From contig NW_003314363.1 of the NCBI RefSeq assembly GCF_000143415.4, forward strand, positions 124,001-188,000: 64,000 nt of DNA, in the 5' to 3' direction. Source of the stretch: Selaginella moellendorffii (lineage: Eukaryota > Plantae > Lycopodiophyta). Shown in pieces: positions 22,485 through 34,147 of this stretch. Position numbers and translations under genes: made by a program. A model generated the notes under the pieces. That model was given only the letters and a program-made list of their open reading frames with translations, was not told where the DNA came from and searched no databases. Each line of letters starts with the position of its first letter. Position 1 is the first letter of the stretch.

Positions 22485-24785
22485 ATGGGCGAGGGAAAGA
22501 GACGACGCAAGCCGCGACAGCGGCAGCCGCAGCTCGCCGGTGATCCTGTCGGCCATGCTCTTGGACCGATGCCATCGCGGTAAGGAGAGAGCGCTGAAAT
22601 CCCGGCTGAAACATTTTTCTCTTAGAGGCCAGATCGATGCCGAGACGCAGAAATATTTTTCCGAGGTCTTGGCGCTGCTGGAAACGATTGCCGATGACAA
22701 GGAGAGGGAGGCATTGTGCGCCAGCGCTCTGGAAGAGGCCCGCGGCAAGGAATTGCGGCTCGCCTCGCATCCTTCTTGCGGTAGAGCGCTTGAGAAGCTC
22801 ATCCAGTCCTTCGATGCTGCTCGGTTGCTATCGTTTCTCGGGCAGTGCACGGCAGATTTCGCGAGCATGGCAATGGATCCCTCGGCTTCTCACGTTGCTG
22901 AGATGATGCTTGGGAGCTTGTCCGAGATTTTGCAGCAAAATGGTGGAGATGCGGGACTGATTTCCTCGATCGAGAGTGCGGTGGCCAGGATCTCCGAGGT
23001 ACTTCCATGCGTTATTGTGTTCTTTCTACATCGTTCTCATTATAGGTACTGCAAGGAAGTGCTCTTGAGGTTATGGGAAACAAATATGGCTCGCATGTCT
23101 TGCGAAAGTTCACTCTTCTTGCAGCCGGATTAGTGGAAACAGAGGGAAAAGATGGCTTGTCGAGGAAACTAGGACGAATGGATTCCATGGCGAAAACATG
23201 CGAATGCATCCATGCAGGCTTCCCGAGAATTCTCAAGCAACTTACCAGTGAGATTCTAGTAGCATGCAAAAGCTCAATGTCTGAGAGAAGGATGGACCAA
23301 TTTTCGAGTCTCGTATTTCAGGTGAGAACAACTTTGCATATTATTTTTTTGAGCTCTGTTATAAGCTATGTTATGCAGACCATTCTCAAGGCGCTCCATG
23401 GAACTGGAAGTGATACGTCTTCAGCCATAGCAACACTCTTAGGTTTTGATCAAACAGAAATGATTTCGCCTAAAGTGTTGGAACGCATTTTGGAGTTGAT
23501 GGAGAATCAAAACGGTAGTCATTTGATGGAGGTAAATTTGTCAGAGTTTAAAGAAGCATCAGACTTTATTGTTTTGTTGTCCAGATAAAAACTTTAACTA
23601 TTTAAGTGTGTGCTGTTATGCAGGTCATACTACAGGTGGCATCTAACGAGGTGTACGCAAAATTGCTTGAAGAAATCTTCAAAGGAAATTTGAAGCGGCT
23701 AGCAACGCACCAATTTTCGAATTTTGCTCTACAAACGTTGATTGCCTTTGCACGCCAAGAAGATCAGGTGCATAAGTTTTACTTGTGTTATCTTTTATTG
23801 AAACTATAATTTTGTTGCAGGTGAGCCTCTTCTTGGACGAGTTAGGAAAGGATTTTACCGAGTTAATAAAGAAGAAAAGGGCTGGTGTCATTGTGAGCTT
23901 GCTGGGAGTATGTAGCCGTATGAGTACCAGCCAGCATGAGGCACGTAAACACACTTATGAAACTTTCTAACATTTTTGGCTTTAAATTTGTAGATAAGCC
24001 GATTGGTTGCTACTGTCATCTGTCCGAAATGTGCCTCTCGTGATACTCTTGTCCTGCGCTTGCTTCACTTAGAAGGACACGACTCGGATGGGAAGTCAGG
24101 AAGGAAAATGTCCATTCTGGGATGCGTAATGCTACAGATTTTGTTCACTTTTTCTCAGGTTTAATGATGTTTATATGTGCATATCCTTAACCATGTATAG
24201 TTCTTTGTGTAGGACTGCAGTCAGCAATACTACAAAAGCTTCTCAGTACTTGAAATGACACAGATTCTGGAAGCCATAAAAGATAAAGCTGGATGCCACG
24301 TTGTGGAAGCGTTTCTCAAATCTCCTGCATCGCCAAAACAAAAGCACGCTGTGATAGAGAGGTACGGTAATTCTCTAAAAAAAATCGGAACTAATTCTAT
24401 GTTACATAGATTGAAAGATCATTTTGCAGTGCTGGCCACGGATACAAAGGCTCACTACATCGTAACAAAGTGCTTCGAGGCAGCAAATCTCAAGCTCAAA
24501 GAATCCATTGTAATGGAGCTGATTGGCGTGCAAAATGATCTCTCAAAGTCCAGGCACGGTCCCTACATTCTGGGCAGGTTAAACGTTGCGAAGTAAGTTG
24601 CCCAATATAGACTCTAGATAGTTTCATCTTTTGCCTTTCCGTGTAGATATGAGAAGGCTCCAGACAAATGGAGACAATCTCAGCAAACGAGCCATGCTCA
24701 CAAGGAAGACTACGAAAAGCTCTTCAAACGCGAGCAACCTGAGCATCATGGTGCCCCGAGAAGAAAGAAGCAGAAGTATCAGTGA
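22485..24785 (+). CDS. APUM23: Nucleolar Pumilio-repeat protein APUM23/Nop9
   Basis: PUF-type repeats SHVAE, YGSHVLR, SHLME, SNFALQ, GCHVVEAFL; ALEEARGKELRLA; basic termini. Multi-exon. Confidence 0.85.
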
Positions 24786-24984
24786 AAGGAATTAGAAATC
24801 TAGTGTTTTTATGGGGACAATGTAAAATCAAGAGCTCGCGATCTTTTGGAAAGCGTGGGCCAAGAACAGTGGTGGAGTTGGAAGGATCTTCAAGCCGTGG
24901 GGCTTCTCTTTTCTTTTATTTTGATCATTCTCTAAATACGTGAAGTTACATGTGATCAATTTTTTGAATATTGTAGCTGCAGTC

Positions 24985-25166
24985 TACTGTCACCTTTAGA
25001 GTTTTGTAGTACAATTATACAGTTACGGTCACCTTTACAATTTGTAGTTTGTTCAGTTTTGCTCAGTACAATTATAGTTACGGTCACCTTTACAATTTTG
25101 TAGTTTTGTTCAATTGCCAGTCTATACGGTTCTTTACAATTTTGTAACTTTTTTCAGTACAATTAC
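24985..25166 (+). repeat. Degenerate tandem repeat, about 4 units of 40-55 bp
   Basis: Recurrent TACGGTCACCTTTACAATTT(T)GTAG and AGTACAATTA. Confidence 0.75.
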
Positions 25167-25204
25167 ACCTGTGACCGTGAGCGAGACATTTGAACAAAAG
25201 CTTC

Positions 25205-25470
25205 TACTTTGCTACTCTTGGATATAAACGTCCCCAAGTTTCCATAACCATGCTCAGCACAAGTTCTTTCTCCATCCATCGAGAGTCGCAGCAGCAGTCC
25301 CACTTCATAAGATGGCCTTCGACGAACTTCGACGTGGTTACTATGCATTGCGGAAAGCAATAGCACCACCACCACCGCTCAAATTGTGGAACGGGAACTG
25401 GCCTCACAAATCGGACCTCCTGGGTGACGAGGAAGGGAACAGTGGATTCCTCCTCACCATGGGATCCACT
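25205..25470 (+). pseudogene. Internally deleted relic copy of the 5' part of the downstream decarboxylase gene
   Basis: Collinear matches to about 25755-26395: GCTACTCTTG..TATAAA, GCAGCAGCAGTCCCA.TTCAT, TGTGGAACG.GAACTGGCCTCA.AA, GGATTCCTCCTCACCATGGGATCCAC. Confidence 0.85.
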
Positions 25471-25858
25471 ATAACATGACGATCTTTTGCAACATAATAG
25501 ATTGCATTTTCTGTGCAAGGCTATTTTTCAATGCAAATTTTGTAGTAATCCTTGCAACATCAAATACATTTGCAAAACCTCTTCATGCACATAATATAGT
25601 GTTGTAAGTTGCATATAACACTATAAATTTCTATAAAAATACCAATCTGAATATATACAGTGACACCTTACGATTTTGTATTCTTCCATCGCTTGCATCA
25701 AAGAGGTCCCAATCCTGTACTCATCTGATTCCCTTCAAGATAGAAATTTTGTTACGCTACTCTTGCATATAAAGCGTTTCCACAACCAGTATTGAGCACA
25801 CACTAGTCTTTCTTCTCTCTTAGCATCGGGTTCTTGATCAATCCATCCATCCATCAAT

Positions 25859-27799
25859 ATGGCGAGCTCCATGAGTGATCTAGTTCCCGCGCAGCGCGTT
25901 TCCTCTCCCACCACTAACGATTATGTCTATCCTGCACTTCCCAAAGCTCTTGAGGGTGTCAACTTCGATCTTACGTCGAGCTTGAAGGACAACAAGCTCC
26001 AAAAGCCTCCGCCCGACCATCTGCAAGCCCGCAAGGAGGCCCTTAACAAGTCGCTCGACTATCTCAAGCAGCAGCAGTCCCATTTCATGGGCTTCCAGGC
26101 CAACCAGAAGATGAGCTTCGACGAACTGAATGACTTCCTCAACGTGCACGTAAGTAGATAGATCATGGTCATTGTTATCAAATGTTTTTTGTGTGTGTTA
26201 CTTCGATCCCAGCTGAACAACATTGGGGACCCATTTGTCGAGGGCAATTGCACCACCAACACCAAGTTCATGGAGCGCGCCGTGCTCGACTACTACGCAT
26301 CGCTGTGGAACGCGAACTGGCCTCATAAGTCTTCCCTCCTGGGTGATGAGGAAGGTAACAGCTACTGGGGATTCCTCCTCACCATGGGATCCACCGAAGG
26401 CAACATGTACGCTCTGTGGAATGCCCGGGACTACCTCGGTGGCAAAATCCTCCTCATGGAATCCGGCGGAGACACAAAGAAGGCGGCGGCTGCGCGGCTT
26501 GTCTATCGCCAAGCAGCCGTGCCTCCAAATGCCAAGCCCGTCCCGAGCCAGGCAAGGAGCGCAGCTCCATTCCCAGAATGCTGCGACGAGTTTTGTGAGA
26601 ACTACTTCTCGCCGGTTGCGTTCTATTCGGAGGACACGCACTACTCGTTCACAAAGGCGACCCGGCTCATCGGCATCCCCACTTTCGGAGTGGTGGGCGA
26701 GGAGAAGTACCCCGGGATGTGCCCGATCACCGAAGACGGGAAGTGGCCGGACGAGGTCCCCTCGCACGAGGAGGGCCCCGAGGATGGAACCATCCGCACC
26801 GAGTCTCTCGCGGAGCTAGTGCTCTTCTTTGCACGGAGGGGCCACCCCATCTTCGTCAACCTCAACTACGGCACCACTTTCAAGGGCGCCTATGATAGCG
26901 TCGTCAAAGCCATGGCCGCGCTCATGCCCATCTTCCAGTTCTACGGCCACGACAAGCGGGTCATCGACGCCGGCGGGGAGGAGAGTGTACGGACGGGATT
27001 TTGGATCCACGTCGATGGCGCACTCGGTGCTGCTTACATTCCGTATCTGAAGATGGCCGCGGAAGAGGGCTGCAAGTTTGAGGATGGTGGCGCTGTGGAA
27101 GTCGCTCCCGAGTTTGATTTCAGCCTGGAAGCCGTGCATTCCATCGCAATGAGCGGGCACAAGTGGATGGGTGCGCCCATTCCATGCGGACTTTTCATGT
27201 CCAAGAGAAGGTGAATGTTCTTACGCCACCTGATGAAAAACGTTGACGAAAGTTGTGGCTCTTCCAGGTACCAAATCAACCCACCGAGCAATCCGATCTA
27301 CACTGGCACTCCAGACACCACCTTTGCCGGCTCCAGGAATGGCCTTTCGGCGGTCTTCTTCTGGAGCTACATCTCCAAGCATACACTCAAGCAGCAGATT
27401 GACAAGGCCGTGCGTTGCCAGGGAATGGCACGGTTCATCTACAACACCATGACGGAGCTGGGCAAGAAACTCAACCTCGATCTCTGGGTTGCACGATCTC
27501 CACTCTCGCTCACCGTTCGTTTCCGGCAACTCAACGATGACCTGGTGTTCAAGTACAGCCTCTCCAACGAGACGCTAGTTGTCAATGATGTGCAACGCCT
27601 AATTTCACACGTCTTTGCGATGGAGCATGTCACCAAGGAACTGGTGCTCATGCTAGCGGAGGACGTGATGAAGCTCGGGCCCAAAGCTTTCAAGGACTTG
27701 TCGGATGGAACTGCAGGTGCAAGCGATGGACTTACAACGATGGATGCTCCTCTTGTTTCATGCGTGCCATTCCAGGGTCGTGGTTTCAGCGGCAACTAA
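25859..27799 (+). CDS. Group II PLP-dependent amino-acid decarboxylase (HDC/SDC superfamily), about 606 aa
   Basis: LNNIGDPF, GSTEGN, NYGTTFKGAYD, WIHVDGALG, SGHKW (PLP lysine), DTTFAGSRNG. Introns 26150-26212 and 27211-27267. Confidence 0.92.
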
Positions 27800-28799
27800 A
27801 GAACTTGTGATCAAGTAATTTTTATACTAAGCATAAACTATTTATGTTGTTGGGGCGATTATCATGCGAGATGACGTCCATCTCCGGCAAGAGTTTCTTT
27901 GGCAACTTAGTGGTTGATTTTATGAGATTGCTAGAAATTGCCTAGTGGAATGCTGGGCGGTTAAGAAAGCTAGGCTTGGATTTTAATCTCCCGCTGCTGA
28001 ACACCCTCACTCTGTTGCTTAGTAACCAGCTCCCACCTCAAGCGCTATCTTTCCTTGGCCGATGTCCTGTTGCTTAGCCTTGTAGTCCCACACTCTTGCG
28101 GCTCCTATTAATTGGCTGTGATTAGCCAATTCCGTATATAAGCAATTCGTAAATGTTCCTTTGTATGCTTTAAATATTCCATAAGGAAATTCATCAACTC
28201 GCTAATAGTCCATTACCGTTGAAAATGGTGGATCACTTCAAATAAACGCTTTACGGATTTATAATTTTGAAGAAGGTGGAAACATTTTGAATATACTTGA
28301 ATTTGGGCACCTATGTGTAATTTGTTCTATTGTCTCCACATGTTTATAACACAATTGACAAAGTCACTTCTTCCAAAATAGGGGGTCAGGACCATTCCAT
28401 ATAGAGTGTAGACCATGTCCACTAGTACAGTAGGCAAGTAATATATTTGTTTTAGTCCTGAGGGCCAATACTAATTTTGCATGTGAGATTTATTGTAAAT
28501 AAATTGATTAAGTCTTTTTAGCCATGTTTTGAAGGTTTGTTCTATCCATGTTGTCCGGATATATATTATGTTTGTAGAGAGGAGGTCCATCTTTAGTGAT
28601 GCTAACTTGACTAAACTGCTCGGTCCAATTTTTACAAAAAAATTATAAGAGAGCACAGCAAAAATTTTTTGAACTACATTCTTGATTAATCCACTTATAA
28701 TTATGCCTAAGAAAGCCAGTTAATGAAGTCAGAGATGACATACTTTGCAAGTTTATCAGAGATGCATGAGTCATACTGCATAATGTTTTTCCAGACTTG

Positions 28800-29950
28800 A
28801 ATTGTATTGGCAAGATATTCATTCATTCATTCATATACTGTTTACAAGGTTTTGCAGCGCCCCCCAAGAAGCATGAGACTGATGGGATATTAATTCCATG
28901 TGTAAATTGCCTCAGGCCACTTTTGGGCATCCAAGTTCCAAAAGATGAAAATTCTCTCCAAAGGGCATTGATTAGACTTGGTCCCTTGATGTGAGTAAAT
29001 TTCACTAAAGGGGGAATGGATTTAGCACACAGAAATATAAGTACCTAGGATACACCAGTGATCAATGCTTCCTGTGGATTTCTTGAATAGAGGAGCACAT
29101 CACATCAGCAGCAAGGGCTAGTGCACTCCTCCAATCAAATTGCCATAAAGCCAACATATACAGGTGGGGCGTCAAACACACCTATTACATGAAAAAGGTA
29201 ATGACAGCAGTCTTGTATGGAGTAGAGAGTTGGGGTCCAGGGCTAGAACAAGCTCGAGGCAATCAATAAGTGTTTCATCTCAACAAAATTCATACTCCCA
29301 ATGGAGATTCTCACATGGAGATTCATCTCGATTTGCATATGCATCACATACATGCAAAGTGCATATTTTTTCCACAGACAGAAACTTGCAGACATGGCAA
29401 TTGCTAAATTGCAACATATAGCCCAAGCTCTTGGAAAAGGTTGGTGGCACACTCTTGAGGTATGGACAGCCACCCTCAGCTGTGACCTCTCCACATTGAT
29501 GACAGAATTGCTTGAACAATTGGAGTTTTGGACTTGGCAATCTCTCCAACATTGGTGTGATGCTTGGATGAAGGATAGTGTCCTTTTTTGGAATGTACAT
29601 GAACACCATCAACCCAAGGTGCCAATTTGGTTTCACAATCTACAACGACTTCACCCCCACAAGTAGAGAATCCTGGCCAGTTATAGAACAGGGCATTATA
29701 GATGGATAATGAAACTTAGATGTAGTTTGAGACCACCACTACCACATGATATCCACCTCTACCCCATATGTTATGAAGAAGTTGAAGACATGGAGCATGT
29801 GGTTAACATGTGCTCAACCTATACTCCACTACGCCAACCACAGGTCCTCTAGGGGTGCAGATCTACATATAATTCTTGTAGGCAAACATTGGGCTAAGGA
29901 CATTTGTGAATTTCTATGAGAAATAGAGATCAAAGTGCCTATCCTTAGTC
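28800..29950 (+). mobile_element. Degenerate non-LTR (LINE) retrotransposon 3' remnants
   Basis: Broken frames resembling a LINE ORF2 C-terminus (TAVLYGVESWG; YRTGHY; PICYEEVEDMEHVVNMC). A (TTCA)n-tailed segment at about 28820-28880 has an inverted homolog at about 56295-56355. Confidence 0.5.
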
Positions 29951-32900
29951 ATTGATGCCATACTCACGATTACACATTGTCACGAATGTGACTTTGGGTA
30001 TTGAAAGATTGACTTTGGCCAATCCTTACGAGCACTCTTTCTTTACTGCCACAACGGCAGGAGGTATTGCTGGTTCCCTTTATTAACCCCTCTTGTCCAA
30101 GTGTTAGTAAACTGGACTTAGCATCTATACTTGGTCAGATGAGCATAAGGAAGGAATTCCTAAGTGTCTATTTAGCCAAGCATACTTGGCCTAGCTTGTT
30201 AGTTCTCTTTTGCTTTATCTTGCACTAGCTTGGCAAAGCCCTCGCGTATTAAGACTAGTCCCTCAATATTGCTGGATAATAGTTTACCGTGTTTGCCAAA
30301 CACCCTTGCTATTATGCCTTTTGTGTTAGTCTCATTTCAGTCCCAAATGCTATTTATGGAAAGTGTCTAGATTTGCTCATTTGGCATATCTACAAAATGT
30401 AGAAGTCAGCCTGAACACAATAGTGTTCGTCCCATGTCCAAATTCGTAATCTAGGGACATTCCATATTTAGTATTTGGAAAGCTTGTCCCAGAGACTAAC
30501 TCTTGGTACTAAGGGAAGCTTGAGGTGAAAGCCCAAAGCGTGTGTTCCTCAAGGGCAGGGGGCTATAAGGGGTTCCAAATATATAATAGGGATAATGGTT
30601 GAAATGCATGTTCGACCACATGAGACATTAGTTTGACTTCCACTGGGTTGTGTCGCTCTTTGTTCTACGTTTGGCTTGGGTTTAAGCCCAAGCTCCATGC
30701 TACTCTAGTCAGTGGGGTACCCTCCTCCTCGCGTTAGGCCACCGGTATGCCAAAATTGTGCCAGACTCCGTCTGACACCATTTTGCGTGCAGGCGCTGGA
30801 TACGGGGAGTTGGTGCTCGTGGGATTGTACTGGACTCGTTTCGTAGTGTAATGGGTTTGGAGTTCGGCTCCAAATTCAAGTGTGTTACATTTGGTATTAG
30901 AGGAATTATCTTAGCGATTCTTATCCAACTTTTATCGGATTTTTGACTCAAGTTGCATAGGCAGAGACTTTTCTAGTAGATTCGAAGCGATCTGTGTAGG
31001 ATTAGTTGGATTGCACCATTTGCTAGCGGGATGGTGAAAAAGAACCGTGCTGATAACGTTGAAACCTTTAGACGGGTGAATCAAGAAAAGGAAACTCTTG
31101 CTCGAGATGTTGTGGAAGAGGTTGAGGCTGAGTTAGAAGAGGAAGAGCCATATGCTGCGGCACTGCAGCGTATGGCTCAGGAAGTCGAGATCTAGAATTT
31201 GCGAAGGGAGATTCGCAAATTGAAGAAGGAGAACAAGAAGAGGAAGCAAGAAGCTAAGACAGTTAAACTAGCTAAACTTAAGCAACCAGATTCCTCTTCA
31301 AGTTCTAAGGACGATGAAGTTTTGCAACTGCCCCTGGTTGTACGAGTTTCAAAGTTCAAGCCTCTGAAACCACCCAATTTCATAGGCATGCTAGACTATC
31401 AGGTTTTGGAAGACTGGGTCTACGATATGGAAAACTATTTCATAGCGGTAGACATAGATGATCATATGAAAGTTGCATGAGCGCAATCCTTTCTCACCAA
31501 CCATGCCAAAACTTTGTGGCGCCAGGTGTGTGCTGAAAAAGGATAGTGTAAGCAACCAAAGGGAACAACTTGAGAGACGATCCATAGGGTTCAAATATAG
31601 AGGGAAAGGGCCCATGAATAAGAGTGCACCCCCTTTTCTAATCAGTTAAGGGTCTTGGGATATTTGGGGTTAAGTGTTCTTGGGTTTGAATAGTACTGGG
31701 CTAGGTGACTGTAAGCCATAAATTTTTCCTTTTCGATTTGCCAACTTACCTCATCTATCTGTCCAACACTGCCTTGGCTTTTGCTAAGTTCCCTTGCCAA
31801 GATTCCCGCCTATGGTACCAGCTTCTACTTGGTCCTACTTGGTTTCAGCTACTTACTGCACGAGCAATAGAGTGTTAGCCATCCATTCACGGATTCTCAA
31901 ATCTCTCCCAATCCCCTTCCCCAGGTTAGACTGCACTTAAGGTTCGGCTACACTCCCCGCAAGCACAAGCAGCCAAGCACACTAAGCTTCCAGGTTCCTA
32001 ATATCCCTTGGTACCACAAGACTTGATCATAGGACCTTTTAAATCCCAAGTCTTGGGTGCAACACTTGCTTCGGGATGCGAGGGCGAAACACCATGGCCT
32101 AACGGCCTGGTATAGGTACCTCTACCCCCCCACATCCATCCCGAAGGAAAGGCCCAAGCCCCTCGGAAGGGCGAGGACCAATGAGCCACAAGGTACTCAA
32201 ATGGGGCACCACTCCACATGAGCCGGGAGCACCGCAATCGGTTTCCATTTCGGGAGTGGGAACTGCTCTTGAGCACTTCCTTGGATGGCCCCTCCGGCAC
32301 CAACCAAGTTCATGCTCACTCCCACCCAAGGCCCCTCGGTGCCAATCTCAACCTCAAGTCAGTTTGGAAGCCCCACTGGAGAGTTCCTTCAAAACTAGTT
32401 CCTGGACCTCACTATCCCTAGTATACTTTTGGAACCCCCTACAACTCCCCCCCCCCCGGGAGACGCACGTTTTGGGCTTTCACCCCTTAACCCGTATTAG
32501 TACTCGGACTCGATCTCGGACCCGACTTCGGATTCGGTCTCGAACTTGATCTCGAACTCGATCTCGGACCTGATCTCGGACTGGACTTTGGACTCGATCT
32601 CGGACCCGATTCTTGGATCTCGGACTTGGTCTTGAACTTGGTCTCTGAGTTGGCCTCGGACTCGATTCCGGACTCTATCTCGAACTCGGTCTTAGAGTCA
32701 GTTTTGGACTCGATCTCAGACTCGGTCCCATCCGATGAACTCTTTGTCATTTTGGTCATGCTTTCGGGGATCCTTTAGCCTACGACACCTCGAGGAGTTG
32801 GTTCCTTACAACTCCACCACCCATAGAAGAAGTTTGATGCCCACATCAAACGTCTCTTTTTTATCCTACGATTTGTTGACCATGTCTGCGGGGGCATCCT

Positions 32901-33630
32901 CCCCACTTAGCGGTGTGCCTAAATTAGCCTCCTCGGCCAAGAGCCCATGACAACGGAATATAGATGTCCCTATACTCCTCACCCCACCACACCCTAGTAT
33001 AGGGTTGGGACTTGAACCTAGCCTTGCTTTACTAGGGGGTTGGGACTTGAACCCCGCTTTGCTTTATTAGGGGGTTGGGACTCGAACCCAACCTCCGTAG
33101 AATATGTTTACGGATTCGACATCCCCGCGGGGAGTCGGGCGTAGTTCCCTACGCTTAGTCGACCTAGCTAACCCATGCTAATTAGCTTACCTTCGGCGTG
33201 CCTTCGGGTCCCAACATATACCATTGCTCAACTTCACAAATTGATACTTTAATTGAACTTTGCATAAGTACATAGAGTTCTGCTTTGCAGAAATTCCTCC
33301 ACTAGATCTCGTGCGTTCGCTACATTCTCCTTTGGTTCCCATGTTGCTTTGCAGTGTGGAAATCCTTTCCACTTCACATGCAACTCTCTTACCTTGCGTC
33401 CTTGTCGTTTGCTCTTGCACGCATTGAGGATGGCCTCGACTTCGTATTCCTCTTCCCCTTGGATAACTTCAGGTAAGGGTCTTACTTGGTCTTTGCGAAG
33501 CGGATCCTCAAAATACGGCTTGAGTAAGTTCACGTGGAACACGGGGTGCATCTTCCCCATCTCTCAAGGAAGTCAGAGACAGTAAGCCACTTTACCGATT
33601 CGAGCCTCAATCTCATAAGGCCCCACGAAC

Positions 33631-33682
33631 CTGCTTAAGGAACTCAAGATCAATTCATTTACAGGAATACATGCATTTTTAC
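33631..33682 (-). other. Putative spliceosomal intron 2 in the element C integrase (52 bp, phase 2)
   Basis: AG|GTAAAA...TTAAGCAG|G. Removal gives RKLTQRFVGPYEI (GPY/F motif) in frame with the chromodomain. Confidence 0.8.
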
Positions 33683-34100
33683 CTTTGGGTCAATTTTCGG
33701 CTGATCCCATTTGGTAGCCTGAGGTTCTTGGTGTTCAGCCACACCTTCTCCCCAACTTGGAACTCTACATCCCGGCGCTTCTGGTTTGTGTACTTGGTTT
33801 GCCTTTGTTGAGCCCCTTCCAAGGAATCCCTTACTAGATTCCAAATGTTGAGTCTTTCTGCCGTGAATACCTCCACTGCAGGTAACTCTCCATGATACTC
33901 GGCCATGTCGAGTTTCATAGGACCTTCAATAGCTGGCCCATTGATGACTTCCCATGGACTCACCCTGATGCTCGAATATGGTGAGTTATTATAACACATT
34001 TCCGCAAGTCCCAAATGATTTACCCAATCAGTTTGGTCTCCTGAGACATAGCATTGCAAATAATCCTCCAGCTGCCTATTCACCTTTTCCGTTTGTTCGT

Positions 34101-34147
34101 CTGTCAAGAAGTGTTAGTGCCATCAATCTTGACTTAATACCCATTAC
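34101..34147 (-). other. Putative spliceosomal intron 1 in the element C integrase (47 bp, phase 1)
   Basis: G|GTAATG...CACTAAC...TTGACAG|AC. Removal joins STAYH.. T-D-E-QTEKVN, the degenerate HPQTDGQTE motif. Confidence 0.8.

Noticed and set aside
24985-25166. CRISPR-like repeat-spacer appearance (also 32995-33095)
   Set aside because: Eukaryotic context, degenerate contiguous units, no unique spacers and no cas genes.
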